A DNA stretch of 27,371 nucleotides from an uncultured Thermococci archaeon (GTDB lineage Archaea > Methanobacteriota_B > Thermococci > Thermococcales > Thermococcaceae), in assembly GCA_964615185.1 (NCBI GenBank), contig CAZTOS010000026.1, positions 1 to 27,371 on the forward strand. Reading direction: 5' to 3'. Position 1 is the stretch's first letter, and each line of letters starts with the position of its first letter. A model generated the notes under the pieces. The model saw only the letters and a program-made list of their open reading frames with translations, made no database searches and was not told the origin of the DNA. Of the stretch, positions 10,306 to 19,694 are shown piece after piece. The translations under genes were made by a program, and so were the position numbers.

Positions 10306-11367
10306 CTATATTCTATGGTGTGCTATATTTGATTTTAAGATGCATAGATAGCCATAGACATGCAATGCCAAGTAGAAAAGTGCCCAGAACCATAAAAATG
10401 CGGGAAATATAAGGGCGTTTATTATGCTTCCTCCCTCTATCAATGTTGGAATTGTCATTGTTATAATTTCAAAACCAAAGAACGCTACAAGCAGATACCA
10501 ATTGCTATAAATTATCAACAGAATTGGTACAATCACATCAAGAAAAGCTATGATATCACTTAAAATCAGAAAGAACCAGTCCTTTAGAAATCCTCCACCT
10601 AAATGCATTAAATCCCCTAAAAACCATCTTTTTCTTTGATTCCAGAGCGTTTTTAATGAACTTGGCATCTTTGTGTATGCTTTGGCTTTTGGGGCATAAA
10701 CTACCTTACCGAATTTTTTAATTTCTCTCGTGGTTGCATAGTCTTCAACTCTACTCTCGACAAAGCCCCCTATCTCCTCAAGGGCTTCCTTTCTAAAAGC
10801 ACTTATAGGACCCGGAGCTACACTTAAGTCTTCAAGCTCTTTAGCCCTTCTAAACATCGCTATTCTCAGATGTTCAACATCTTGAGCCCTTTCTAAAAAG
10901 GAACTGGCTAAAACTCTAACCTGTCCGCCGACAGCCAAAACGCTTTCATTATAGAAGCGCTTCACCAACTCTTTAACCGCAGAATTATGTAATAGTGCAT
11001 CTGCATCTGTTGTTACTATTATTTCTCCTTGGGCTTTGGTCAATCCAAAATTTAAAGCTTTGGCTTTTCCCTCGTGTGATTTCTTGAAAACTTTTAGACG
11101 CTCATCTTTTATGGAGCTTGCAGTTTCGAACGTTTTATCCTTGCTTCCATCATCAACCACAATGACTTCAAAATTCGGATAGTCTTGAGAAAGAGCAGAT
11201 TTTATTGACCCTTTAATGCTCCTCTCTTCATTATGCGCTGGAATGATTATGCTCACAAAGGGTGTCCACTCTTTAATTCTGTAATTCCTTAATAAGCTAA
11301 TTATGTAATTAAGGAAAAAATAGAGATCCCAAAGTATCACAGTTATCGTGGCAATTTCAAGCAGCAT
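10306..11367 (-). CDS. Processive GT2 glycosyltransferase (cellulose synthase/PgaC/IcaA-like), membrane-bound
   Basis: VSIIIPAHNEE, VDDGSKD, GKAKALN, TDAD, VED and QRKRW (D,D,D,QxxRW). One N-terminal and about three C-terminal TM helices. Confidence 0.88.
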   Translation of the reverse strand: MLLEIATITVILWDLYFFLNYIISLLRNYRIKEWTPFVSIIIPAHNEERSIKGSIKSALSQDYPNFEVIVVDDGSKDKTFETASSIKDERLKVFKKSHEGKAKALNFGLTKAQGEIIVTTDADALLHNSAVKELVKRFYNESVLAVGGQVRVLASSFLERAQDVEHLRIAMFRRAKELEDLSVAPGPISAFRKEALEEIGGFVESRVEDYATTREIKKFGKVVYAPKAKAYTKMPSSLKTLWNQRKRWFLGDLMHLGGGFLKDWFFLILSDIIAFLDVIVPILLIIYSNWYLLVAFFGFEIITMTIPTLIEGGSIINALIFPAFLWFWALFYLALHVYGYLCILKSNIAHHRI

Positions 11368-11475
11368 GATTATTCATTTATGCTCAAGATTTTTAACTTT
11401 TTAATCCAAACATTTTTGAGTTCAGCGGTGATAATTGAGAAAGCATAACAAAAGAGAATGAAGTTGCAAAGTCAT

Positions 11476-14400
11476 TTATGACTGTGCTGATGGATAAAGT
11501 GGAAGAGCCTCCTTAATCCTCCTGATAAGCTTCTCTTTCTTCTCCGATTCTTCAAGGGCTATTTCAAGAACTTGATCAATTGTTTCAACTGGTACCACCT
11601 CTATCTTTTCGGCTTTGTCTGGACTTAGAAAGACATCCTTCTCATTTGCCTTTGGGATTATAACTTGCTTTATCCCTGCCTCAATTGCTGCCTCAATCTT
11701 TGGAGTTACACCACCCACAGGCAGCACTTCTCCTCTAACGCTCAAAGAGCCAGTCATTGCAACACTTTGCTTAACTGGAACTTCCTCCAGAGCTGATATG
11801 ACTGCCGTTGCAACGCTTATGCTTGCAGAGTCACCTTCAACACCTTCGTAGGTTTGCAAGAACTGGACGTGAATATCGTAGTTGCTTATGTCTTCGCCTT
11901 TATAGCGCTTGATGATGGCGGAGACATTTTGAACAGCTTCCTTTGCAATTTCACCAAGCTTGCCAGTAACTATTATCTTCCCTTCTTCCCTGCTTGCTGC
12001 AGGAGCAACAACAGCTTCAATTGGCAACACAATGCCACTCTGTTCTCCAATGACGGCTAAGCCGTTCACTCTACCAATCTCCCCACCTTCAACTTTGATA
12101 ACCTGATACTCCTTCTTCCTCTCAATATACCAGTCTGCAAGCTGTTTTTCAAGAGGCTTTGCAAGCTGGAGGGCTTTAAGCACGTGTTCCCTTGTTACGT
12201 ATTTTGCCCCTTCTCTAATTGCTATATCTCCTGCCGCCCTAACAACACCGCCCAGGTCTCTAAGCCTTAGTGTTAAATGTCCTTTTCTTCCAGCTCTCTT
12301 CTGAGCTTCTCTAACTATCTCCTCAACGGCATCTTTGGTAAAGTGGGGGATTTTCCCATCTTTCTTCACTTCTTGGGCTACAAACTGGACTAATTTTTTC
12401 CTGTTTTCTAAGGTGTCGGGCATTGTAGTTCTCATGTATACCTCGTAACCATAACCCCTGATTCTTGACCTTAATGCGGGATGCATTTTTTCAACTGTAT
12501 CAAGGTTTCCTGCGGCAACCAATACAAAGTCACATGGTACTGGCTCTGTTCTAACCATTGCACCGCTTGAAAGCTCACTCTGTCCTGTTATTGGGAATTT
12601 CTTTTCCTGCATTGCCGTCAAAAGGCTCTGCTGCATCTTTATGCTGAGAGTTGCAATCTCATCTATAAACAGAACTCCTTTGTGAGCGCGGTGTATCATT
12701 CCTGGCTCTACCCTCTCATGAGCTGGTGTTCCCAATCCACCCGAGTTTTTAACCAGCAAACCGTTTGCCAGGAGGTTTCCAGTTTCTGTTGTAACATTGT
12801 ACGTTACCTCAACATCTCTCTTCTGTACAATGAATGCTGGCTTTTTGAGAGACTTTACCTCTTCAAGTTCTTTTCTTAGCTGATCTTTTCTGCTTTCATG
12901 CCTTGAGCCCTCAAGATTTGAGAGATATTTCTCAATTTCTTCAATGAGTTTCTCCCTTTTCTTAGGTGAGAGCGTCAGTGGAACAAGCTTGGCAAAAGTT
13001 AGAACATTGTCAACCGACTGTGATAGGAGGAGCCTTATCTTATGCTTGCCCCTCGCATTGTTCACCTCTACCTTTGCTTTTATCCCCAGAGCATCAAGAT
13101 AAAACGCTATTTCTTTAAAGAAAGGCATCTTGTCCTCAAGCGTTTCTGCAAGCTGTGCAACTTCCATGGTGTTGTTGAACTTTATGCCGTCGTTATATAT
13201 GGCAAATTTTGGTATTGAACCATCTCCACTGTAGAACCCATCAAAGAACGCCAAGAACAGCGACGGTTTCAGTCTTACCCACCATGGAAGAGACAATCTG
13301 GTTCTTGTTTTGTTGCCTACCGGTGCTCCTAAAGCCACAAAGAACCTTATTATCCTCCTATCCCATGTTCTGAACAGAATGCTCCTTCCCTTGGCATTGC
13401 GGTTCTCTTTTATTTGATAGCTGAACTCACCAAACAGCTCTTTGAGGATAGCAACAAATTTCTCAACGGCTTCTCTTTCACCTGATATGAAGCTCAAGGT
13501 ATTCAAGTTTTTGTCTATACAACCATCGCTAAAGAGGATACCCATTATAAGTGCAATCTTCTCCAGTCTTGGATCGTCACTGTAAAGCGGGAGAAGACCA
13601 AGCCTCTTAAGCTCATTGATCATCTTGATGGAATCTGGTTTGGAGCCCCTTCTCCACCATCTGAGGGTACTCTTCTTTATTCTAACTTCCCTACCACTTG
13701 CCCATTCCATGTAAAGCTTTGCTTTCTCTTCCTCAGCATATGTTCTTGCAATGTCCTTCTCGCTCAGTACAATGAGTTTCTCATGGATTATTTCGTCATT
13801 CTTCCCAATTTCTTTGGCCTCTTTTATTCCATCCAAAGTGTAAACCTTGTGATCTGGAGTAACAAATAGCCAGTAGTCTTTTTCGAGATTCACTATCTTG
13901 AAAACTTCCTGCTTGCCAATACGCTTATTGGCGTAGAGTAATTTAACAAACCCTGTTCTGGTGAGTATCTCGATGTTATCGTTGCGAAAGTCTTTATATA
14001 TCACCCCAACTTCGCCGTCCTTACCGGAACCGCTTGGCTCCTTTAAGGCTTTCTCCACAAAGTCTTTAAGCTTAACTATTCTCTCAGTGCTGTTCTCCCT
14101 TATAACAATGTTCTCTTCACCGCTAAAGCACTGAAACGGGTCGTGTCTAACATCTCCAAGCAATGCACCAGCATGTGCACCAGTGGCATCTACAAATGGT
14201 GCCTTTCTCTTTCCACAATTGTCAACAAGAAGTTTTGGAACGAGAACTTGATTCTTAAGTCTCAAGTTGGAAATTGCCATTATTGAGATTATCACTACGA
14301 AGAGACCCATTAAAAGCGTTTGAGGGCTTGGGTCCATTAGAACTGCTATCATGACGACAAACAGCACAAAGAGGAGTAGATATGACTTGAGGTTTTCCTG

Positions 14401-14781
14401 ATGTTTTGCTTTTTCTCTGTATTTTTCCACTATTCTCTTACCTTGACATGCTGGAACTGTTTTTATTCGTGGCATGTTTTCGTCTTCGGGATTTGGGAAT
14501 ACCAAGATATCCTCCAGTTCTTCTGTTGGCAAAAGCTCAGCCATTGCCTGTCCAAGCATTGACTTTCCAGTTCCCGGCTCACCAATTAGTAGGACATGTC
14601 TCTTCTGCTTTGCCGCAGTTTTTATAACTTCAACTGCATGTTCCTGACCAATAACCTGATCAATAAGTTTATCTGGAACTTTAATTTCCTCAGTAGTCTT
14701 AAATTCGATTCCTAAATCTAACCTCTCCCCATAATTCTGAGAAGCTTCGATTTTAATCCCTTTTCTCTCTTCCCCATCCAT
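11476..14781 (-). CDS. lonB: Membrane-bound ATP-dependent Lon protease (LonB), intein-containing
   Basis: GEPGTGKS Walker A, two TM helices, LFIDEI Walker B, GDSAS catalytic Ser, GGVTPK catalytic Lys. 639 aa after removing the intein. Confidence 0.96.
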   Translation of the reverse strand: MDGEERKGIKIEASQNYGERLDLGIEFKTTEEIKVPDKLIDQVIGQEHAVEVIKTAAKQKRHVLLIGEPGTGKSMLGQAMAELLPTEELEDILVFPNPEDENMPRIKTVPACQGKRIVEKYREKAKHQENLKSYLLLFVLFVVMIAVLMDPSPQTLLMGLFVVIISIMAISNLRLKNQVLVPKLLVDNCGKRKAPFVDATGAHAGALLGDVRHDPFQCFSGEENIVIRENSTERIVKLKDFVEKALKEPSGSGKDGEVGVIYKDFRNDNIEILTRTGFVKLLYANKRIGKQEVFKIVNLEKDYWLFVTPDHKVYTLDGIKEAKEIGKNDEIIHEKLIVLSEKDIARTYAEEEKAKLYMEWASGREVRIKKSTLRWWRRGSKPDSIKMINELKRLGLLPLYSDDPRLEKIALIMGILFSDGCIDKNLNTLSFISGEREAVEKFVAILKELFGEFSYQIKENRNAKGRSILFRTWDRRIIRFFVALGAPVGNKTRTRLSLPWWVRLKPSLFLAFFDGFYSGDGSIPKFAIYNDGIKFNNTMEVAQLAETLEDKMPFFKEIAFYLDALGIKAKVEVNNARGKHKIRLLLSQSVDNVLTFAKLVPLTLSPKKREKLIEEIEKYLSNLEGSRHESRKDQLRKELEEVKSLKKPAFIVQKRDVEVTYNVTTETGNLLANGLLVKNSGGLGTPAHERVEPGMIHRAHKGVLFIDEIATLSIKMQQSLLTAMQEKKFPITGQSELSSGAMVRTEPVPCDFVLVAAGNLDTVEKMHPALRSRIRGYGYEVYMRTTMPDTLENRKKLVQFVAQEVKKDGKIPHFTKDAVEEIVREAQKRAGRKGHLTLRLRDLGGVVRAAGDIAIREGAKYVTREHVLKALQLAKPLEKQLADWYIERKKEYQVIKVEGGEIGRVNGLAVIGEQSGIVLPIEAVVAPAASREEGKIIVTGKLGEIAKEAVQNVSAIIKRYKGEDISNYDIHVQFLQTYEGVEGDSASISVATAVISALEEVPVKQSVAMTGSLSVRGEVLPVGGVTPKIEAAIEAGIKQVIIPKANEKDVFLSPDKAEKIEVVPVETIDQVLEIALEESEKKEKLIRRIKEALPLYPSAQS
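12745..14130 (-). mobile_element. Intein with LAGLIDADG homing endonuclease (462 aa) in LonB
   Basis: Junctions [10 protein letters not shown] and [11 protein letters not shown]. Block B VTPDH, LAGLIDADG-like IMGILFSDG and [10 protein letters not shown], block F VTYNVTT. Confidence 0.95.
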
Positions 14782-14901
14782 TTCTAAGACCTCTTTCTCT
14801 CTCTCATGAATGGTTAGATTATGCCAATCTTATAAACTTTTTTTATGAGGTTAAGAAAAGCTAAAATATAGAGGGGTTACAAAAAAGTGAAGGTGGTGAA
14901 A

Positions 14902-15696
14902 ATGAAGATTGAGGAACATGTAATGTTTACTGCCCAACACAAAAACTGGAGAGTTGGGGACAAGCTTCTGGTAATGAAAGAAGATAATGTTGCCCATTTT
15001 TTGGCAAGCATATCTAACACAGTAAATATGAAAATTTCGGAGTATTTAGTTGGAGTAGTTGATGTAGCCGCGGTAATGACTCTGGCTGAGGATCTTGCCA
15101 AAGGAGAGCTGTGGGAAGTTATAAAAGTGCTGAAATCTCCTAAAACTTCAAGAAAGATTGGAAAAATTGTATTTGAGAGTGATAAAAAGCTCAAGAAACA
15201 GTTAGTAGATGTTTCAAAAGCATTACTCGTCAGAGAAACTCTTTCAAAGATAATTAACGTTTATTATCCCGAGGATCCTATAGAGGAGCTTAAAATCACA
15301 CCACCATATAAAGAAGATCACATAAACTTTACAGCAAAATATGGCAGCTGGATAGTTGTAAAAAGGCTAATTATAGATGAGAAAACAGATTTGGCAGATA
15401 TTGCAAGACTTCTGGCAAGTATAAATGAAACTGTCACATTAAAGTTGCCACTCTATGCAAAAATAGATCTTAAAGGCATTGAAAAATGGTTTGAAGGAAT
15501 TAAGAAAGCAAAAACTGATGTGGAAATAAAAACTGTCGTTGACAAGTATCTCCACTTCCCTGCCCACAGATATGCATCTGCAGAATTTGAGGAGCATGCC
15601 AGGATTTATGCCCTGAGGAAGATGCTTGAAAAAGTTGGGCTTAGCCTTGATGTTCCGGCAAAACCTCTTGAAAAATACTTGGAGAAAAAAGGTTGA
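14902..15696 (+). CDS. DUF2666-like archaeal protein with two tandem homologous domains
   Basis: ATG 14902 follows SD AGGTGGTGA. Repeat EEHVMFTAQHKNW...AHFLASISNTV / EDHINFTAKYGSW...ARLLASINETV. The family name is from recall. Confidence 0.7.
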   Translation: MKIEEHVMFTAQHKNWRVGDKLLVMKEDNVAHFLASISNTVNMKISEYLVGVVDVAAVMTLAEDLAKGELWEVIKVLKSPKTSRKIGKIVFESDKKLKKQLVDVSKALLVRETLSKIINVYYPEDPIEELKITPPYKEDHINFTAKYGSWIVVKRLIIDEKTDLADIARLLASINETVTLKLPLYAKIDLKGIEKWFEGIKKAKTDVEIKTVVDKYLHFPAHRYASAEFEEHARIYALRKMLEKVGLSLDVPAKPLEKYLEKKG

Positions 15697-15704
15697 AGTT
15701 ATGG

Positions 15705-15759
15705 ATGATGATGCCGAGGACACCCGAGCAGAGGCGATGAGGATTCTTCGCTTCGCTGA
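15705..15759 (+). ncRNA. Box C/D 2'-O-methylation guide sRNA
   Basis: C ATGATGA 15705-15711, guide TGCCGAGGACAC, D' CCGA 15724-15727, C' ATGAGGA 15737-15743, guide TTCTTCGCTTCG, D CTGA 15756-15759, then a T-rich tract. Confidence 0.85.
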
Positions 15760-15825
15760 CTCTTTTATTTTATCTACCACAAAATTTTTGGTATTGAGAT
15801 GTCATTATAACCTGAGGTGAAGCGG

Positions 15826-16218
15826 ATGAAGAAAGTTATAATTTTTACCGAAAATGCTCCCAAACCAATAGGTCCATACAGTCAGGCTATTCTTGTTGAA
15901 AATCCGAATAAATTTTTAGTTATCTCGGGGCAAATCCCTATTGATCCAGAAAGTGGAGAGATTGTAAATGGAGGTATAGAAGAACAAGCGAGACAGGCAA
16001 TTGAGAATCTCATAGCAATACTTGAAGCAGCAGGGGCAACGGTTGATGATGTAGTTAAAGTCACAGTGTATCTAAGAGATATGGGAGATTTTGGAAAGTT
16101 CAATAAAGTTTATGAGGAATATTTTGGACGTTCAAAGCCTGCAAGAGCTGTTGTTGAGGTGGCAAATCTTCCAAAGGGTGTAAAAATAGAAATTGAAGCA
16201 ATTGCTGTATTTGAGTAA
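15826..16218 (+). CDS. ridA: RidA/YjgF/UK114 reactive intermediate deaminase
   Basis: [43 protein letters not shown] 15826 follows SD GAGGTGA. Confidence 0.92.
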   Translation: MKKVIIFTENAPKPIGPYSQAILVENPNKFLVISGQIPIDPESGEIVNGGIEEQARQAIENLIAILEAAGATVDDVVKVTVYLRDMGDFGKFNKVYEEYFGRSKPARAVVEVANLPKGVKIEIEAIAVFE

Positions 16219-16266
16219 AGTAGAAATTCTTATATTCCTCTTTAATTATCTTTATTTGTGGTTAAA

Positions 16267-16875
16267 ATGGAGCTAAGTCCAAGTGTATTGGTCTTGCTGT
16301 TTCTTGAGGATTTTGCAAGAGAGACAAACTCAATAAGGAAAGGGGTTAAGTATTTTGAATGGCAGAAAAGGTACAATGCTTATGACGTTGCCTATTCCAT
16401 AGTTGGAGCAACATTGGCTAAGCTTGTGAGAGATGGATACATTTATCTGGAGCTTAAAAAAGGACTGTTGGGTAAAAAGGTGCTCCTAACCAGAACAAGA
16501 CCAATCCCCAAAAAATATGGCGTGGTTGTAGAAGGAATAAACAGTATGCAGACATATAAAACAGTCCCCCTGAGGTCAGCATTGTTTTTGTCATTTCCAC
16601 TATCAAGATTCCCTGCGGCATTCCTTGGGACCTATATATTAAGAAAAGAGCTTAAAGATCAAGATGCACTGAAACTAAGAGAAAATCCAGAAGTAGTTAG
16701 GAAAAAAGAAGAGTTGAAGTCTATTTTTGAGAGCTTCAAAATACAAAACGAAGATCTTTGGAAAGGAATCATGAAGGAGGTTGATAAAGCGTGCGATTTA
16801 GTTAGAGGAAAAGAGGGGATTACATTGTACACTCCCCTTGACATGCTGAGGGGAAAAAATGAAAGTAAAGATTAG
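16267..16875 (+). CDS. Hypothetical protein (possible winged-helix-like segment)
   Basis: Clean ORF of about 202 aa with an upstream TATA-like CTTATAT. Overlaps the JAMM gene by 17 nt. Alternative GTG start at 16258. Confidence 0.75.
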   Translation: MELSPSVLVLLFLEDFARETNSIRKGVKYFEWQKRYNAYDVAYSIVGATLAKLVRDGYIYLELKKGLLGKKVLLTRTRPIPKKYGVVVEGINSMQTYKTVPLRSALFLSFPLSRFPAAFLGTYILRKELKDQDALKLRENPEVVRKKEELKSIFESFKIQNEDLWKGIMKEVDKACDLVRGKEGITLYTPLDMLRGKNESKD

Positions 16876-17227
16876 AAGAGAGCTCTTTGAGTATCTCCTT
16901 CAGCTTGCAAGAGATTTTTATCCAAATGAATTTGGAGGGTTCCTGAGAGAAATAGATGGCATATTTGAGGAAGTGTTGATTATACCTAAAGGACACTTTG
17001 GAAAACGCGCAATATTCTTTGATCCATGGCTTTTGCCCCATGATGAAAATATTAAAGGGACTGTACATTCTCATCCCACTCCCTATGGGAAACCTTCAAA
17101 AGCGGATCTGCACTTCTTTTCTAAGTTTGGTGGAATTCATATAATAATCGCATATCCATTTGAAAACTGGAGTGTAAAAGCATACACAAGCGATGGAAAG
17201 GAGGTAAAAATAGAAATTGTTGATTGA
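16859..17227 (+). CDS. JAMM/MPN+ zinc metalloprotease (Mov34 family)
   Basis: PNE...HSHPTPYGKPSKADL matches the complete E-x(n)-HSH-x7-S-x2-D JAMM motif. Confidence 0.92.
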   Translation: MKVKIRRELFEYLLQLARDFYPNEFGGFLREIDGIFEEVLIIPKGHFGKRAIFFDPWLLPHDENIKGTVHSHPTPYGKPSKADLHFFSKFGGIHIIIAYPFENWSVKAYTSDGKEVKIEIVD

Positions 17228-18067
17228 CTACTTCTTTTCTTGTCTAACTGGATATGGCATAAATTCAACTGTTCCTCTTTGTTTCATTGGCTGTGGATAA
17301 AGCTGCATCAGCTCGTATACTTCCTCTGGAACGTCAGTACTTATATGAAGACCAAGTTTTTGTGCCTCTTCAACAGTTATTGGATAATCATGAGTCCATC
17401 TGCCTTCTGTGAGAATTTGGGCGAGTTCTTTGGCTTTTTCATCTCCATATTTGTCTTTAAGCAATTCGTAAACAAAGTTCCTAACTTGGTTAATTGCTTT
17501 TTCTGCAACATCAGCCAGAATTAAGGTTTGATCATCAGCTTTTTCTGGACCTTTCTTTTCAATTGCTCTAACTATGCTTGGAGCTGGATATTGTCCGAGT
17601 TGTGGATCAACAGGTCCAAGAACTGCATGAGGATCCATTATTATCCTATCCGCTGCCAGGGCTATTAGAGTTCCACCGCTCATTGCATAGTGAGGGACAA
17701 TGACCCTGGTTTCTGCTGGGTGATCTTTTAGAGCTTTTGCTATTTGGGTTGCCGCTAAAACTAATCCTCCTGGAGTGTGAATTATGAGGTCAATGGGTTT
17801 ATCTTTTGGAGCCATTCTTATAGCTCTTAAAATTTCCTCGCTATCTTCAATGCTGAGAAACTTGTAAAAGGGTATTCCAAAGAGACCAATGCTCTCTTGT
17901 CTGTGGATCATTGTTATTACAGTTGAGTTCCTCTTTCTGGATAGTTTTTGAAGAAGCTTCGCTCTCATAAGCTGAAGCTGTCTGTATTGCATTTGGGGCC
18001 ACAGTAGCAGATATAGGAAAAACAGCCACCAGATAAGTGACCCCAAAAATCCGCTTAAAGGATCCAA
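17228..18067 (-). CDS. SDH-family ClpP-fold serine protease, N-terminally membrane-anchored
   Basis: IHTPGG, YAMSGGTLIALAAD, LGPVDPQ, WTHDYPI, N-terminal TM helix. TTG start after SD GGTGAT. Confidence 0.88.
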   Translation of the reverse strand: MDPLSGFLGSLIWWLFFLYLLLWPQMQYRQLQLMRAKLLQKLSRKRNSTVITMIHRQESIGLFGIPFYKFLSIEDSEEILRAIRMAPKDKPIDLIIHTPGGLVLAATQIAKALKDHPAETRVIVPHYAMSGGTLIALAADRIIMDPHAVLGPVDPQLGQYPAPSIVRAIEKKGPEKADDQTLILADVAEKAINQVRNFVYELLKDKYGDEKAKELAQILTEGRWTHDYPITVEEAQKLGLHISTDVPEEVYELMQLYPQPMKQRGTVEFMPYPVRQEKK

Positions 18068-18160
18068 ATTATCACCCCCACATTTTACGAGCTTTCTAAT
18101 TTTAATATACTGATAAAAAGTTTTTAATAATTTTGGTAACTAAATAAATTAAGCAAAAAG

Positions 18161-18183
18161 AATTTCACATGAAATTTTATAAA
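18161..18183 (+). promoter_or_regulatory. 7-2-7 inverted repeat abutting the TATA box of arsR (candidate operator)
   Basis: AATTTCA-CA-TGAAATT (18161-18176) runs into TTTTATAAA (18175-18183). Confidence 0.45.
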
Positions 18184-18219
18184 GAGTTATGAGAATAATC
18201 TGTACGTGGGTGATGCAGT

Positions 18220-18597
18220 GTGAAGATTCGAGATCTCATCGAAAAGTTGAATGAAAAGCAGAAAAGAACAGTGAAGAGATGTCTTCAAAGTTGTGAAATA
18301 ATGGATCTCGATGAGGATGTTAATATTGAGACCAATGAGGAGCTTTTAAGATTCCTGAAGCTGATTTCAAACCCAATTCGATATAAAATTCTCAAAATGG
18401 TTAAAAACAGATGGATGTGTGTTTGTTTGATCTCACGGACTCTTGAGAAAGATCAGACCCTCACAAGTCATCACCTTCGCTCTCTTAAGGATATGGCTCT
18501 TGTTTGTGAGAGAAGGGAAGGAAAATTAAAGTTCTACAGAACGAACTTAGAAGAAGTCAGAAAGTACATTAAGCTCTTAGAGGCAGAGTTTAGCTGA
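18220..18597 (+). CDS. ArsR/SmtB family transcriptional regulator
   Basis: ISNPIRYKIL, MCVCLI, QTLTSHHLRSL, RREGKLKFYR. Confidence 0.88.
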   Translation: MKIRDLIEKLNEKQKRTVKRCLQSCEIMDLDEDVNIETNEELLRFLKLISNPIRYKILKMVKNRWMCVCLISRTLEKDQTLTSHHLRSLKDMALVCERREGKLKFYRTNLEEVRKYIKLLEAEFS

Positions 18598-18624
18598 TTT
18601 TCAATATTTTCTTGGTGATCTATC

Positions 18625-18909
18625 ATGAACAAGCTGCAGAAAGAAGTTGACAAGCTGATTCAAGAAATTGGAGGATATTGGGCACCATTTGAGATGCTCG
18701 CAGCACTTGTTGAGGAATTAGGGGAGCTCTCTGAAGAAATGCTCAAGTTTGAAAACATAAAGGGAAATGGAAAAATAGAGAACTTGAAAGAGGAAATTGG
18801 AGATGTGCTATTCGCTCTATTGTGCATAGCAAACTATTATGGTATAGATGCTGAAAATGCTCTTTTTACATCTATATCAAAATATCGGAGCCGCGATAAA
18901 ACTGGATAG
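18625..18909 (+). CDS. MazG-like nucleotide pyrophosphohydrolase
   Basis: LVEELGELSEE...LKEEIGDVLFALLCIAN. Confidence 0.88.
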   Translation: MNKLQKEVDKLIQEIGGYWAPFEMLAALVEELGELSEEMLKFENIKGNGKIENLKEEIGDVLFALLCIANYYGIDAENALFTSISKYRSRDKTG

Positions 18910-19090
18910 CAATTCTTAACTACTTTGAATTGTGTGTTTCGAACTACTTTCCTAATCCTCTCATTACCACTAATACTTTCATGTAACTTTTAGTCACTAT
19001 ATTACCCTATATACTCCGAAGTGACGAGGGGTTGACATAACAATTTGCTCCACAGTGTTCTGGAGGACATTTAGTATATTGGATAAGATT

Positions 19091-19107
19091 CGAAACATTT
19101 TTATAAA
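19091..19107 (+). promoter_or_regulatory. BRE/TATA promoter of the lrp gene
   Basis: CGAAACATTTTTATAAA, followed by SD GAGGTG before ATG 19141. Confidence 0.6.
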
Positions 19108-19140
19108 CAAAGGAGAGTATAACTACTGAGGTGTCTACTA

Positions 19141-19590
19141 ATGAGGGCTAAAATAGATAAGATCGATCTGCAGCTTATTAATCTCTTAGCAAAGAACTCA
19201 AGACTCACATACAAGGAACTTGCGGAGCAATTAAAAACAACAAGACAGAGAATCTCAAGGAGGCTGGAAAAGCTTGAAAGAATGGGCGTAATTAAAAAGT
19301 ACACTATAATACCAGATTTTGACAGATTAGGATATGTTTATGTCATAGTGGGTATCACCCTTAAACCTGCAGCTCCAGTTGACGAAATAATTGAGAGGTT
19401 AAAGGATGATCCTGACATTAAGATCATTGAAAGAGCTATTGGTTCTCATAGTCTCGTGATCCATCTGGTTGCTCCTAAGGATATGAAAGATATTGAAAAG
19501 AAAATACATGAAATATCCAAGAAAATAGATGGAATTGACAAAATGGACATAACGTTTATCACTGAGATCGTTAAGTTTGAAATCCTTTAG
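19141..19590 (+). CDS. Lrp/AsnC family transcriptional regulator
   Basis: IDKIDLQLINLLAKNSRLTYKELAE HTH, GVIKKYT..DFDRLG, C-terminal RAM domain. Confidence 0.92.
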   Translation: MRAKIDKIDLQLINLLAKNSRLTYKELAEQLKTTRQRISRRLEKLERMGVIKKYTIIPDFDRLGYVYVIVGITLKPAAPVDEIIERLKDDPDIKIIERAIGSHSLVIHLVAPKDMKDIEKKIHEISKKIDGIDKMDITFITEIVKFEIL

Positions 19591-19694
19591 CTCTTTTCCT
19601 ATCCACTTTTCGTCAATAAGCGAGGGAAAATATAATAAAGCACTTTATTTACCCTTTTTTGACTTTAAAATAACATCAAAAAATGGTGACATAA

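Noticed and set aside
18910..19090. Long intergenic region with ACTACTTT repeats, GTCACT/AGTGAC and a small CTCCA/TGGAG hairpin
   Set aside because: No box C/D, H/ACA, tRNA or convincing ORF pattern. The motifs are short enough to be chance, though Lrp sites cannot be excluded.
19624..19660. AATAAAG-CA-CTTTATT inverted repeat followed by T6
   Set aside because: AT-rich, and I cannot tell a terminator, an operator and chance apart. The arms differ from the arsR repeat.
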